Shown: in pieces, positions 1 to 12,559 of the stretch
How positions within the stretch are numbered: position 1 is the first letter of the stretch
How the letters are laid out: each line of letters opens with the position of its first letter
Source of the DNA: Octopus vulgaris
Taxonomy: Eukaryota
Direction of reading: 5' to 3'
Length of the DNA: 64,000 nt
NCBI GenBank assembly: GCA_951406725.2
Contig: OX597819.1
Span: forward strand, 134,788,001-134,852,000
The notes under the pieces: model-generated
Seen by the model: the letters and a program-made list of their open reading frames with translations, nothing else
The model's database searches: none
Told to the model about the DNA's origin: nothing
Made by a program: the position numbers and the translations under genes

Positions 1-1045
1 GTGGTGATAGCAGAATAGCCAGAAAGGAAGCAGAAAAAAGAGGTTTGCCAATGTTTGGCATCGTGAGGACCAAAGCTTTGAAGTGTTTCAAATTGCAAGA
101 CAGTGTGTGTGAGAGAAGATTGTATGCTCATGCGATGTGTGTGAATGAGGGCAGCTGTGTGAAGAAGTGTCATACTCTGTGGAAGGAGCCTATGAAAGAG
201 GTAGTCCCAGGAAAATATGGGACGAGGTGGTGAAGCACGATCCTCAAACATTGGGCCTCACAGAGGCGATGACAAGCAACTGAGACCTTTGGAGATATAT
301 TCTATGCTTGAGAAGTCCTGTCAAATGAGATCGTAGCCATGGCTAATGCCAGTGTCACATAACTGGTACTCATTGAAAGCACCCTTCAAACATTGGGCAA
401 TAGGCTGTGCTTGTGAAGATCTATTGAGCTGAGTGAAATCACAGTCATGGCTGATGCCAATGCTGTCTGACTGGCGGCACCTGTGCTGGAGGAGGCATGT
501 AAAAAGCACTGTTCATGCATTGTGCCTCATGGAGGCAGTGACATCAAGCCAAGTGAGATCATAGTCATGGTCAATGCTAGTGTGACATAACTGGTCTGTT
601 AAAAGCACCTTTCAATATGCTGCGCTTGTGAAGATCTGTTGAACCAAGTGATATTGTAATCGTGGCCGATGCCTGTGCAGTCTGACTGGCATTCATGCTA
701 GTGGCACGTAAAAAGCTCCATTTGAGTGTTGGGCCTCATGGAGGCAGTGAGAGATGACCAAAACTCTTGGTGATATACTGTGCTTGTACTGACCTGTCAA
801 GCTAAGTGAGGCTGTAGTCATGGCTGGTGCCAATATCAGGTCAATGGCACCCATGCTGATTGCATGTAAAAAGCACCCACTACACTCTTGAAGTGGATGA
901 CATTAGGAAGGGCATCCAGCCGTAGAAACCTTGCCAAATCAGATCAGAACCTGGTGCTGCTCTCCGACTTACCAGTTTTCAGTCAAACTGTCCAACCCAT
1001 GCCAGCATGGAAAGCAGACATTAAATGATGATGATAATGATCATG
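1..1045 (+). mobile_element. Decayed RTE-clade LINE 3' part with 3'UTR and (ATG)n tail
   Basis: Residual 'CVKKCHTL..RKxWDEVVKHD' similarity to ORF 38458-39369, followed by the same 3'UTR. Confidence 0.75.
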
Positions 1046-1399
1046 ATGGTGGTTGTTGTTGTTGTTGTTTTTGCTGTTGCTGTTGTTGGAGGAGGAGGAG
1101 GAGGAGGAAATTTGATTTTCAAAAACTTTTTTTGGCACTTTTAGTAATAATTATGATAATCAAAAATACAAGAGTGAAAAATTATAAAAATTAGTCTGAA
1201 ACTGGTCTCAGTTCATTTGACAGTACAATGGCTGTGCCATGTTATATACTGTTTACTAAATACTGTAAATAAACGAGTGGGACTAAAAGAAATGCAATTA
1301 CTTTTTTGTAAAATCATTGCACTAAAGTCACTTATTTAATTGGTAATTAAGACAAAGTAGATTTTTTTTGTGAAGTGGGAAGATTTTATTATTTAGTAG

Positions 1400-3100
1400 A
1401 AAGTTTTTTATATTTACAAAGAACACTTGACGATTTGAAACTTGTTAATTGGAATTAGTAATAGAAAGAAAATATGAGAAGAGATGAATTTTAGAGATGT
1501 TAATAATAAGGAGAGGAAGAGTTGAGTAAATACAAGTTTAAAGACTTTAAAGTCTATTTGTCAGTTATTAGTAAAGAGGCAGAAAGGAATCAATCATTGT
1601 TTATAAGATTGGTAAAGGAGACATTTTCTTGCATATAAGAATTGTAGACATCAAGTATAAATGATGGCAGTGGTTTTGTATTCCGAGCCGTGAACAGCAG
1701 TGGAATTCTTGATAGATGAACCTCAGAATTAGTTTGTAGAGGATTTGGTTGTTGTAGCTTAGCCTCTGCTTAGTCTTCATTCATTGACCCTTTGGCCTAT
1801 GGTATTCACGTGGTGCCCGTTTAGTCATTGTTTTTTCCAGGTTTAATGTATCTAAGGTTACATTATCTAGAATGTCCTTTTCTTAAAACAGTAGGGTGTG
1901 ATTTTAGGGTAACAGAGTGAGTAACCCAATAGAAGATCCCCCCCTCCTCATTAGTTCAGGAATAGTTTTTGTTTGTAAAGTACCGTCACCTATTTAGAGA
2001 TTAAAAGAAAATATAGCCTCTGTGAAACATTTTGAATGATAGGGGTATTTATGTGAGGTTTTTAAAAATTGTTTGAATTGCCATGTTTAAGAGATGTTAG
2101 TATTTTGTTTGGATTGTGTAGAGTGTTGGTTTAGATCATTTTGAAGAAATCTGATCAAATCCTCACTGCAAGGTAGATTGTAGATCTCTGTTCAATGACT
2201 AAGAGGACAACCTAACTTACTCAGAGACAATGTATTTCTGAAGATTGAATGATGTGTATAAAATTGTATCGTCAGCAAAAGATTGTGTGTGGTTCGAGAG
2301 AAAAAGTGAAAGTGTTATCTAAACCCTCAAGAATTCTTAGCAGATGCCTGCTGTGTTGGGGCAGACGAAAATCATACAAACACATGCTGAGTTTTTTGTG
2401 GCATTCAAAGATTGATAGGTTTTTTACATTTTCATTCCAGTCCTTCATGAAGACTCTGTTTATGTCAAAAGCAACAGCATTCTTTGCTTCCATTCAAAAG
2501 CAATATCGGGTTGATATGTGACAGAGGTGTGCAAATATAGTGGCTTTCAGAAGGAATTCCAACTGATCTACAAAATGATTTTTCTTTTTTTTCTTTTTGC
2601 ATGATTTTATGTATCCTCTTAGAGATGGTTATTGGTGCAGAATAATCATTCATTTCCAGTTTGTTAGCAAATAAAAAGAAAATGCATGTTAATCAACTGA
2701 ATGGGATTTTTTTCAATTATGATCTCGAATAGTTACTTGAGTAGTAAGTTTCTATCCAAACAGTTGTCTTAGATAGAACAGCTGCAAATAAGTTTTGTAA
2801 AGGGCTGTAGTACTACCTAGCATGGAAGAAGAAGCCTGGCCATTCAGGTGTTATTTTGGCTCTATTATCGATATAGGGTCTTTTTTTGAAAAGATATTAG
2901 ATTGTGAGATAGCATTTGCACAGTTTGTGAAGGAATCAGTGTTACTGCGTACTTAGAAAAGTGTTAGATTACGGTAACATATGCAGTGATTATCTTAGCA
3001 CTGTTGAATGAGACCAGATTGCTATCTCCCCATTGGAAAATATTCTCAAAATGTAAATCAGGGGACCAAAATCAATGAGAAGTTACATCATCCAAAATTC
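1400..3100 (-). mobile_element. Highly decayed LINE (CR1/L2-group-like) RT remnant
   Basis: Weak RT-like fragments (AVAFDINRVF...) with no intact ORF; boundaries vague. Confidence 0.35.
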
Positions 3101-3246
3101 AGACTTAGATATGACGTAAATATGTTGACCCAAATTAAAATTAAAATCAAATCTATTTTTCATGATAAAAAAAAAACCAAACTCTGAATGATTTCATGTT
3201 GATTTTGTGACTGGTTCACAGATATTTATTTCTTATTATTTTGTAG

Positions 3247-3403
3247 ATTATTTCTGTTAATGATTCCATGGGAATAATTTTGACCCTTCCACACTATTTA
3301 CAACAACCATATTTATTATCTGGTTTACTAACTGGAAAGATGCCAAATGGACAAGCGATTGATCCCTCATCTGAAAGGGATGTGTATAGAATTTGGGAAG
3401 CTT
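3247..3403 (+). CDS. Exon 1 in window: C-terminal part of vWD domain (IISVNDSMGIILTLPHYLQQPYLLSGLLTGKMPNGQAIDPSSERDVYRIWEA)
   Basis: ttgtag acceptor, T|gtaagt donor (phase 0 to 1), open frame; GLL...PNG...SE..(F/W) pattern like the MUC4/SUSD2 vWD end. Confidence 0.8.
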
Positions 3404-3534
3404 GTAAGTATCTTTAACCCTTTCATTTTAAGAATTCTTATGAAAGACCTCAACAATATTTCCTCAGTTATTGTCATATTCTGTTTCCTCTTTCTGCATT
3501 TACACATATAACATTATCATTGGCATCACTGTTG

Positions 3535-3745
3535 TCATCATCATCATCATCATCATTTAATGTCTGTTTTCCATTTTGGCATAGGTCGGATGGTTTGGCA
3601 GGGTCTGATGAGCTACAGAGTTGCATCAAGGTTCCAATGTCTGCTTTGGCAGGATTTCTATGGCTGGATGCCCTTTCTAATGCCAACCCTTTTACACTGT
3701 GTACTGGTGGTTTTTGTGACACCAGTTGGTGAGGTTGCCTAGCAA
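3535..3745 (-). mobile_element. RTE 3'-tail short repeat (family A)
   Basis: (CAT)n followed by 'tttctatggctggatgccctt' core. Confidence 0.7.
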
Positions 3746-3793
3746 CTTTCAAAACAATGTAGGGAAAAGGGAAAATCTCCCTTGATGAACTGT

Positions 3794-3834
<41 letters not shown>

Positions 3835-4930
3835 GTATGTCAGGTGTTGAAGCTAAAGTATGATAGAAAGAAAAGCACAGGTGTCTTGCTATAGAAATAC
3901 ATGGCTACTCACATTTTATGATGCAGGGAGATAAGATGATGGTGACGGGGTGCCAGAGCATACTCACACAATACAAGAAGGTGAGTATAAGGGAGAGTAT
4001 AGGGTGTGGATCAGGGGGGGGAAGAAAAGGACGGCTAAGTGTCTGGGCTGAGAGAGTGACAAATAGTTAAGGATGGGGCTAGAGGTGGATGCAGTGAGGG
4101 ATAAACAAGGGTGGAGATATTAATTAATGGTAAATATCAGTATGGAGCTGAAGAAGTGAAAGAAATAGAAGTGGCTCAGCAATGTAAGAAGTGTGGAGGA
4201 CAATCTCTTCTGATAAACCTGTAGACAGGTGACTGGGAGGTGAAAAATGTGTCAGTTTTGCTCTCAAATGATTACAACAGCTGAGTGATGGCGGATGGGT
4301 GGATGAAATGTAGGGGAATGCTTGAAGTGGGCCAATTGGGTGCAGGGTCCTGCGTGTACAGGAATAAGCCCAATACTTTTAGAACCTTGCTTTTGCTGTG
4401 ACAGACTGCTCTTCTTGAGTAAATCGCCAATAATCTGATTCCTTTCCCAGGAAAGACTTTGCATTTACAAGCATCTATCTTTCCTATTTTCTGATGTGGA
4501 TCTAGTCTTGTGAGCTCACTACATTCACAGGTGATCGGATGACTGACTGGTTTCTTGAAGTTAGTGCTGCAGGTAACTCCAGCAGCCTTTCTCCCCGACT
4601 CCTCCTCATTGCCAGAGCCAAAGCCATAAACTTCCATCGGCACAAGGAAATTCGTTGTAGGGATGTCCAGCATGTCTATTGAAGTCACTCTCCACAATAA
4701 TCAGTTATTTATCATCAGGGTAATCTGCAAAAGGACCTCATAAAATTGGTGGTTTGTAGAAGGACCTCTTAAAGTTGATCTTCTAATCATGTCATTTGGG
4801 ATTGTGGCATATAGGAAGGGGAGATAAAGGTAACTAGTCTCAGCTTCATACCGTTCCAACTACCTCAGCTATTTAACAATACTCAACTTGACTAAACAGA
4901 ACAAGTTAACTAAATATATATAGACATATA

Positions 4931-5150
4931 TCATCATCATCATCGTTTAACGTCCGTTTTCCATGCTAGCATGGGTTGGATGGTTCGACCAGGGTCTGGG
5001 AAGTCAGGAGGCTGCACCAGGCTTCAATCTGATCTGGCAGCGTTTCTACAGCTGGATGCCCTTCCTAACGCCAATCACTCCGTGAGTGTAGTGGTTGCTT
5101 TTTACGTGCCACCGGCACAGGTACCAGGGGAGGCTGCCAGTGGCCACGAT
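4931..5150 (-). mobile_element. RTE 3'-tail short repeat (family A)
   Basis: catcatcgtttaacgtccgttttccatgctagcatgggttgg..., the reverse complement of the LINE tail at about 39620-39795. Confidence 0.85.
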
Positions 5151-5348
5151 AGACATATATATAGACATACTCTTCCTTTAACTAATGGATTTCTAGTTGA
5201 TTTAATTATTGAAATATAATAATTTTAGTAACATTCTTCTGTGATTTATTATTACCTTTTTTGTTATTTCTTGGTATTTATGAGAAAACTTTCAGTAATT
5301 ATGTATGACTTGGGCTCAGTCAAGTATTTATATTACTGACTTAATGAC

Positions 5349-5490
5349 AGAGCCTATTGATTACATATAGAACCTATTGATCACATGTAGAGCCTATTGA
5401 TTACATTTAGAACCTATTGATCACATGTAGAGCCTATTGATTACATATAGAACCTATTGATCACATATAGAGCTTATTGATTACTTATAG
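5349..5490. repeat. 20-bp minisatellite, 7 units, alternating A/B variants
   Basis: agagcctattgattacatat alternating with agaacctattgatcacatgt. Confidence 0.9.
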
Positions 5491-5794
5491 TTTTTATTTG
5501 TATTTCTGTAAAGTAAATCGGTCTCCAATGATTTGAAGATATTCATTTGTTTGATCCCTGAGGCTTCCTGGGGCACATTTAATTATCATCTAAGTGGTTG
5601 GAGTATTCCATAGACACATGTACCCTTAATGGAATTCAGACAGAATCAACGAGGCACAGTGTGGCAGAAGAAGTCTTTACCTTGAAATAACTGAAAGTTA
5701 TCGATATCTGATGGAATTCTGTGTTCCTAATTATTTCACTCTCAATTATTAGGTTGATTCAGGGTTGGGTTATAATAATAATAATAATAATAAT

Positions 5795-6420
5795 TGTGTA
5801 CAGTGCTCAGGTGCACTACAACTCATCTAAAGTGTATATATAATCAGGTGTAGTTTCGGCAGATTTCGGAAAGCATGAGGGCCTTAAAAGATGCAGTGTC
5901 ATGGCAGTCAACAACTGACGCAGGCAGTTTATTCCATGCTTCAGCAACTCTGAGCGTGAAAAAATGTTTCCGAAAGTCATGGGAGCTGTATTGTTTTCTG
6001 ACTTTGTAGGCATGTCCACGTGTGTTAGACACATGGAGATCAAAAAGGTGTTCAGTGTTGTTGTTGGTGAGGTGGTTGATAACTTTGTGGGTGTTTACCA
6101 AGTCCGTCGCCAAACGCCGGAGCTTCAGTGAATCCATGCCCAGGGAAACAAGGCGCTCAGAATATGGTAGGTGTCTGATGGAGGGTATGCGTTTGGTTGC
6201 ACGTCTCTGGACAGATTCCAGGAGGTCAATGTTCTGTGCAAGATAGGGGTTCCAAACTGATGATGCGAATTCCAAGTGTGGTCGTACCATAGCTGTATAC
6301 AGTTTTAAATAGATGGCTGGAGAGCGGCTAACAAAAGACCTGCTGAGTGATGCCAAGACACCCTCGGCCTTCCTGACAATCTTAGAGATATGCTTTGACC
6401 AATGCAAATCAACGTTAAAT
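5795..6420 (-). mobile_element. CR1/L2-group LINE 3' fragment (RT C-terminal region)
   Basis: ORF 5844-6407: VRPHLEFASSVWNPY..LESVQRRATKRI..TRGH..FFTLRVAEAWNKLP; ends at (AAT)n. Confidence 0.9.
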
Positions 6421-6725
6421 GACCCCTGCCCAAAATGGCATGCAGTGAGGTTGAACCTAGTCTCTCATAATTGTAAACGAATTTCTTAACCTTGCTGCAT
6501 CCATGTGTGCGTGGATGATGGGTGGGAAGGTTGTGTGGCATCATAAAACGCCCCTATTTTAATGTAAAGGTCCATTTCAATTTATGCTACCTTGAAATAT
6601 GAAAGCCAAAAATAACTTTCTTGCATTAAATATTTCATATTATAATATTATTGCAACAAAATTTATTATTAAATGCATTTCAGGGCAAAATGGTGAAACT
6701 AATCTAATATCTCTTGATATTTCAG

Positions 6726-6968
6726 GTCGAGTGAAAGAAAAAGATTCTCTTTTAAATTACACACATAAGAATTACAGCAGCTTTAATTCCTACAGTATCT
6801 CAGAAGACCAGTTTATTGAAATTCTTAGTAACCTTACCAATTTAGTTAACAGTATTAACACTACATGTCAAGACAATGATATGTTTTGCGTCTGTGCTGC
6901 TGTTCTACACAAACCTAACCTTGCTAACCACACTATGCTATATAAACCAGAATATTTTGAAAGAATCG
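6726..6968 (+). CDS. Exon 2: post-vWD Cys-containing segment (CRVKEKDSLLNY...TCQDNDMFCVCAAV...YFERI)
   Basis: ctaat branch-like motif and ttcag acceptor, G|gtgagt donor, 243 nt, phase 1 to 1; lies within ORF 6599-7051. Confidence 0.85.
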
Positions 6969-7109
6969 GTGAGTTGATCCTTATTCATGTTTTTGCTTTA
7001 TCGATAATTTTAAATTCAGACTTAAAGTTTTCTGTTTTAATTTTAAGATAATTGCTAATTAAGTATTTTAAAAATATTTTTTACAGGCAAAACTAGATCA
7101 GTAGATTAA

Positions 7110-7235
7110 CCCTTTGAGCCCTGACCTCCTGAACCTTATTTGACCATATACTTAGCATTCCACTGGGACTCCACTGCTATGGTATAGAGAAAAATAAGCC
7201 ATCCTCTGGTAAACTGGTGTTACAGGCTCAAAAGG
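7110..7235. mobile_element. piggyBac-type MITE
   Basis: TTAA|ccctttgagcc ... ggctcaaaagg|TTAA. Confidence 0.7.
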
Positions 7236-7744
7236 TTAAGGCATTATCTAAACAGCCACAGTTTAGGTTGTCACAATCTGAAGTTTCTCCAAATCTGTGT
7301 TTTTTTTAATATTTTGTTACTATTCTGTTATAATTTATATTTAAGTAATGATTTAATTAACAAACAATTAATATTAAGCCTAATTATTAAAGTCGATCAT
7401 TTTGTAGGATTTTGTTATGTTATCTTTACTAATCATTGTGAAGATGTGTGGTGTTGTGGTGTTCATCAAAACATTTCATTTCATGTTACTTCGTCCATTC
7501 AGATGTAAATGTGTAACCCTGCAATAGAATAACCTTTCAATCAGGGGAAATATTGGCCTGCTCGCCCAGTCAGCAGGGTGGCATCATGCAAAGCACATGG
7601 TGACCAGCGATGTGTGTAGCATCATCCAATAGTCTACTAATTGATTCAGTGATACCATGATTAATTCTTATCATATTTAATTGTACTTGTTTTTCTTTCT
7701 TTTTTAGGTAGATATTTTTTTTATATATATAATTAGTGTATCTC

Positions 7745-8005
7745 ATCATCATTATTGTTTAACATTCGCTTTCCATGCTAGCATGGGTTGGACGATTTTG
7801 ACTGAGGGCTGGCAAACCAGATGGCTGCACCAGGCCCCAATCTTGATCTGGCAGAGTTTCTACAGCTGGATGCCCTTCCTAATGCCAACCACTCCGAGAG
7901 TGTAGTGGGTGCTTTTTACGTGCCACCGGCATAGGGGCCAGTCAGGCGGCACTGGCAATGACCTCGCTCGAATCTTTTTACACATACCACCAGCACAGGT
8001 GCCAA
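7745..8005 (-). mobile_element. RTE 3'-tail short repeat (family A)
   Basis: Family A consensus. Confidence 0.85.
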
Positions 8006-8060
8006 GGGAAAAGCATTAGCAGTATGCATAAATATAATTCTTTTGGCAAATAAATTGCAA

Positions 8061-8118
8061 AGCTCTGATGAAGCTGTAACTCAGAGACTGCATAGTACAG
8101 CAGAAACAGCTGCAGGCT
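8061..8118 (+). ncRNA. Degenerate type I hammerhead ribozyme motif (Penelope-type)
   Basis: CTGATGA-a-GCTGTA...TACAGC-a-GAAAC-AGCT-GCA; the conserved U before the cleavage site is C here. Confidence 0.55.
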
Positions 8119-9813
8119 AATGAATTTCACAAGCTAATCGTTTATTCCCCTATCACCTCATTTTCTTATTACTGCTCTGCACTGCACTAATGCTTCATTC
8201 TAAAGCCTATGTATATTGAGTTCTACACTAGGTTATAATAGAATGAAAAAGTTCCCACAGCAGTTGCACAAGAAAGAATAATAAAATCAAAATTTTTTTT
8301 AAACATTTTGATGGAGTTCAACATTTGGTATTTTATACGAAAATCCCTAACTTCACAGAAGAATTATTAACTAATTAACTAGTCTATAAAAAAGTTAAAT
8401 TTTATTTTAAATTATAACTGGGTAACAGTACAATCAAACACAATTTAAATTTCAGTCATTTATATTATAGTTTATCAGTTGTTTTATGAAACATAAACTA
8501 ATTAGTTTCTTATGTTTCATAAATATTATTAGAATAGTTTTGTTAATTGCATTTCATTTTCTTGCATTTGCGAGTTTATAGGAATATTTTACTTACTAGA
8601 AATAAATATTTACTGTCTTTTAACCCACTGGGAATAAATTTACACTTTATTTTCGCTTTGGTGAACATCGTAAAACTGAATAATTAAAGAGATATTCGAA
8701 ATGAACAATCCTTCTTCCACCTCACATTTATGGATTTGTAATGCATCTTTTTGTAACATTCTGGTCAATTTCAGTAGTTGCTTTATCCATAAATTCCCTG
8801 TTAACAGTTGTCAAAAAAGACCTTATCTCATAACTTAGGGCCTACAAGCATTGTTATACTATTGGCAAAGGTAGATATCACCTCTGTCTGTCTCTGCTTA
8901 TCTTGGCAGCTGATTCCACTCCTTCTTTACTGCAGAATTGGTTTGAGGGAATGTTGATATAGGAAAGCAATTTCTTTATGATGATGAAAATATTATTTTT
9001 TTCAAAATCCATCTCAGATTTGCCAATTCAACAGCTGGGATGAGAAATCTTATGATTAAAGAAAGCTTTTTGTGGTATAGGGGTAAAATGCATAATCAAC
9101 CTTCCTCACAAGTCTTCTTGTAACATTGATCCTTTCCAGCCAGGATCCAGCTGGGGGGGGGGGGCCCTTTTCATCTAACCTCTGGCCAAAACCTAACAAT
9201 AAATTCCCTCAACTCACTAGGCCACCACGTCTGTTCTGAGCCCCAGCTCCCAAAGCAAAAAAAGGCCCATGTTAGTCATATTTCTAATCACATGACTTCC
9301 CTTGCTTTTCTCCTTCAAGCAAAGTTCTTAGGTCATTCGTGTGACATCACTGACCTCTACTTCTGACCCACATCGACCTCACACTTTTACCATACACATC
9401 AAACAATAAAGTTAAGCACTAATTATATTAAGATTGTTTTATCTTGGAGACATTTTCTTCAGGTTTTCTTATATTTTTTCCTTCTGTGTCTTATGCATGA
9501 ATGTCTTTCTTCTGCTATCTTTTATACAATGCACCTATTATGATACACTAATATGTGTCTGCCTTTCAAAATTATATCTCTACCAATTTTACTCAACTAA
9601 CTTGTTTTAACTGATACTTTAACAATTTCCAGTATACAAATGTGAGAATGAGTTCACATGAATACAATGGTTTTGTTACTTCCGTTTATAAAAGACATAC
9701 GAAAGAAATGCCCTGTCTGCATCTATTTTCTAACATTTCATCCCTATTTTAAGAACTCTACTTGATTCTCATTTACTGGTGGAGTAAAGTTTTTCACTTG
9801 TGTTTCTTTCCAG

Positions 9814-9957
9814 AAAATTTTCCTCCATTTCTACAAGATACAATGAATGAATTGTATTTGACATCAGGAAATAATACAATCTTTTTGGAAGCAGCCGATC
9901 GCAATAATGATAGCATCAATCTTGAAATAGAAGTAAACAATTCTAAAAATACATTTG
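9814..9957 (+). CDS. Exon 3: ENFPPFLQ...LEAADRNNDSINLEIEV (NxPP / AxDxxxD beta-sandwich-like domain)
   Basis: tttccag acceptor, G|gtaaat donor, 144 nt, phase 1 to 1. Confidence 0.85.
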
Positions 9958-10004
9958 GTAAATGGTTTCTCTTTCTATTCTTAACAGCTAATCTTTTATT
10001 TTTT

Positions 10005-11172
10005 ATATTTTACTTGTTTCAGTCATAAGACTGGTCATGCTGGAGCACCACCTTGAAGGGTTTAGTTGAAAAAACTGACCCTAGTACTTTTTTTAAAACC
10101 TGGTACTTATTCTGTTGGTCTCTTTTGCCAGACGACTAAGTTAGAGGAACATAAACAAACAAACAAACACTGGTTGTCAAACTGTGGTAGAGGACAAATG
10201 CACACACACACCCAGACCAGACAACTAGGTGATGCAAAAAGGGACAACAAAACATCCAGATAGACGATACAAAGAAAACAAGGGCGGGTCATTCAAAGTT
10301 TTCTTTCCTCAGTCAAGCACCAGATTATCCTCATTGTATTTACATTTGTGTACCATTTCTCTGTTTTTTTCTGTCCTTGTTTTTGTATACATTCGCTGCT
10401 TTCTTCCAAGGAATCTAATGCTCTTAGCTTAGTTTTTTCTTGGGGCTGGCCAGATTGGAGCAGTCTCAAGAATAATCAGCCGAAATTGCAAGGATAATCT
10501 GGAACTCGACTGAAGAAAGAAAACTTCGAATGACCCATCCTTGTTTTCTTTGTATCGTCTCTCTGGATCTTTTGTTGTCCCCTTTTGTATCACCTAGCTG
10601 TCCGGATGTTTTGTGTTCTTGTCCCATTCTTTATTTTTTATATATATATCATCATCATCATTTAACGTCCACTTCCATGCTAGCATGGATTGGACGATTT
10701 GACTGAGGTCTGGCGAACCAGATGGCTGCACCAGGATCCAATCTTGATCTGGCAGAGTTTCTACGGCTGGATGCCCTTCCTAACGCCAACCACTCCGAGA
10801 GTGTAGTGGGTGCTTTTATGTGCCACCAGCACGAGGGCCAGTCAGGGGGTACTGGCAGCAGCCACGCTCAAATGATACTTTTTATGTGCCACCTGCACAG
10901 GAGCCAGTCCAGCGGCACTGGCAATGACCTCATTTGAATGTTTTTTCATGTGCCACCAGCACAAGTGCCAGTAAGGTGACGTAGGTAACGATCACGCTCA
11001 AATGGTGCTTTTTTATGTGCCATATACAATGGGCTTCTTTCAGTTTCCATCGACCAAATCCACTTGTAAGGCTTTGGTCAGCTGGAGGCAATAGTGGATT
11101 CATTTGCCCAAGATGCCATGCAGTGGAATTGAACCTGGAACTATGTAGTTGAGAAGCAAACATCTTACCACA
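10005..11172 (-). mobile_element. tRNA-derived SINE (family B) split by an inverted-repeat element (about 10217-10640) and a family A repeat (10650-11025)
   Basis: Tail at 10005-10215 and head at 11030-11172 match the intact copy at 16242-16680. Confidence 0.75.
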
Positions 11173-12559
11173 TTCTTTTTTTCTTTTTTTTCTTTTATAT
11201 TATTGGCAGGTGTGAGGGTCTGAATGCAGAATTGTTTTGTTTTCTTTCCCTGGGGTTGTGTTGTGTAGAATATAAGATATTTTATTTTTGAATTTTAGAT
11301 TAATTACTTTTAAGGTAAAATGCTAGAACTGGAGGACAGTTGGTTAGTATTTATGTCAGCAACAAATAATTGAAGGGAAAGTCAGGTTGCTTAAATGTAG
11401 TCATCATGAAAACAAAAAGAGGTTTCTGTTCTTTTCTTGGAGTCAGAAACATCAAATCTCTTCCTGTCTCCATGGTGACTACATTTTTAACTTCTCCTCT
11501 TCCTCATAGATATTATTAACACTCAAAGCTGATTAATGGTAAGACACAGCTTTATCAGTTGTTTAATGTCATGCTATCACTCACCTCCTCTGGCCGCAGT
11601 TTCTTGCAGCAGAATTAGCCATAAACAAAGAATATAAGAATGTAATTCTGGTTTTCTTGTCATCTGCTTGTAAAGATTATGGTCTGCACTAATCTTCTGG
11701 TTTGTGTAGGGGTCTCAAAATGGGAATGTAGTGAATTTACACTACTTTGCTACCAGGGTTTAGAAATACCAAGTATTATAAGTATATTGAGTTCTAGTAA
11801 ATGGTTACCATCTCTGCTATGGCCAAAGAGCATTATAACACAAACACACACATCATCATCATCATCATCACTCTTTTGATGGCTAATATTCATTGCTTTC
11901 ATAAATCAGACAGAATGCACTGAGTTAAATGTTCAATGGATGGATGTCATCAACCTTCTCTTACTTCAAAATAAGTTAACAATTCCCTATGGCTGAACAT
12001 ATTTTCATGAAAGATTGGATACAAACATGACCATTATTCTCATTTACAACCATCAGATGCTCTCAAAACAGGTTTAAGATTGATGATGATGACAACGATG
12101 ATGATGATGTGTACTTGATAAGATGAAACAGAAACCAAGAAGTGGTTCCAGGTTGGGAGAGGAAAGAGGAGAGTAACAAAAGGGGATCTGAGCCTATTCT
12201 GCTTTTCAGTGGTTGTCGTAGCCAAATAATGTGAGAAATGAAGGAGTGATGCGTGTTAGGGAACAGGAAGTGGGAGAAGCTTGATAAGGCAGAGCTTTGC
12301 AAGCATTTACTCAGATGGACTTAGGAGATCAATTCTGTTGTGGTGGACAGGTTTTTTTTTACAAGCATAGCAAAGTATTAGACATCTTGGTCCTTAAAGC
12401 TCAGTATCTTCAGATTGACCCTCAATACTTTATTCCATGTCCCTCTTTCTCAAGTTCTATCAACTTTGGCAATTCTTTATGCAAACTCTCCTCATTCCTA
12501 AGCATCACATGGCCAAACCAGCACAGCCAGGCACCCTACACCTCGTTGTTCTTATGCTT

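Noticed and set aside
6599-7051. Standalone 150-aa gene, or acceptor at 6683
   Set aside because: Only 6726-6968 fits the flanking exons well. The upstream AG is in frame but has a weaker pyrimidine tract and would insert 14 aa into the vWD-end motif; it cannot be fully excluded.
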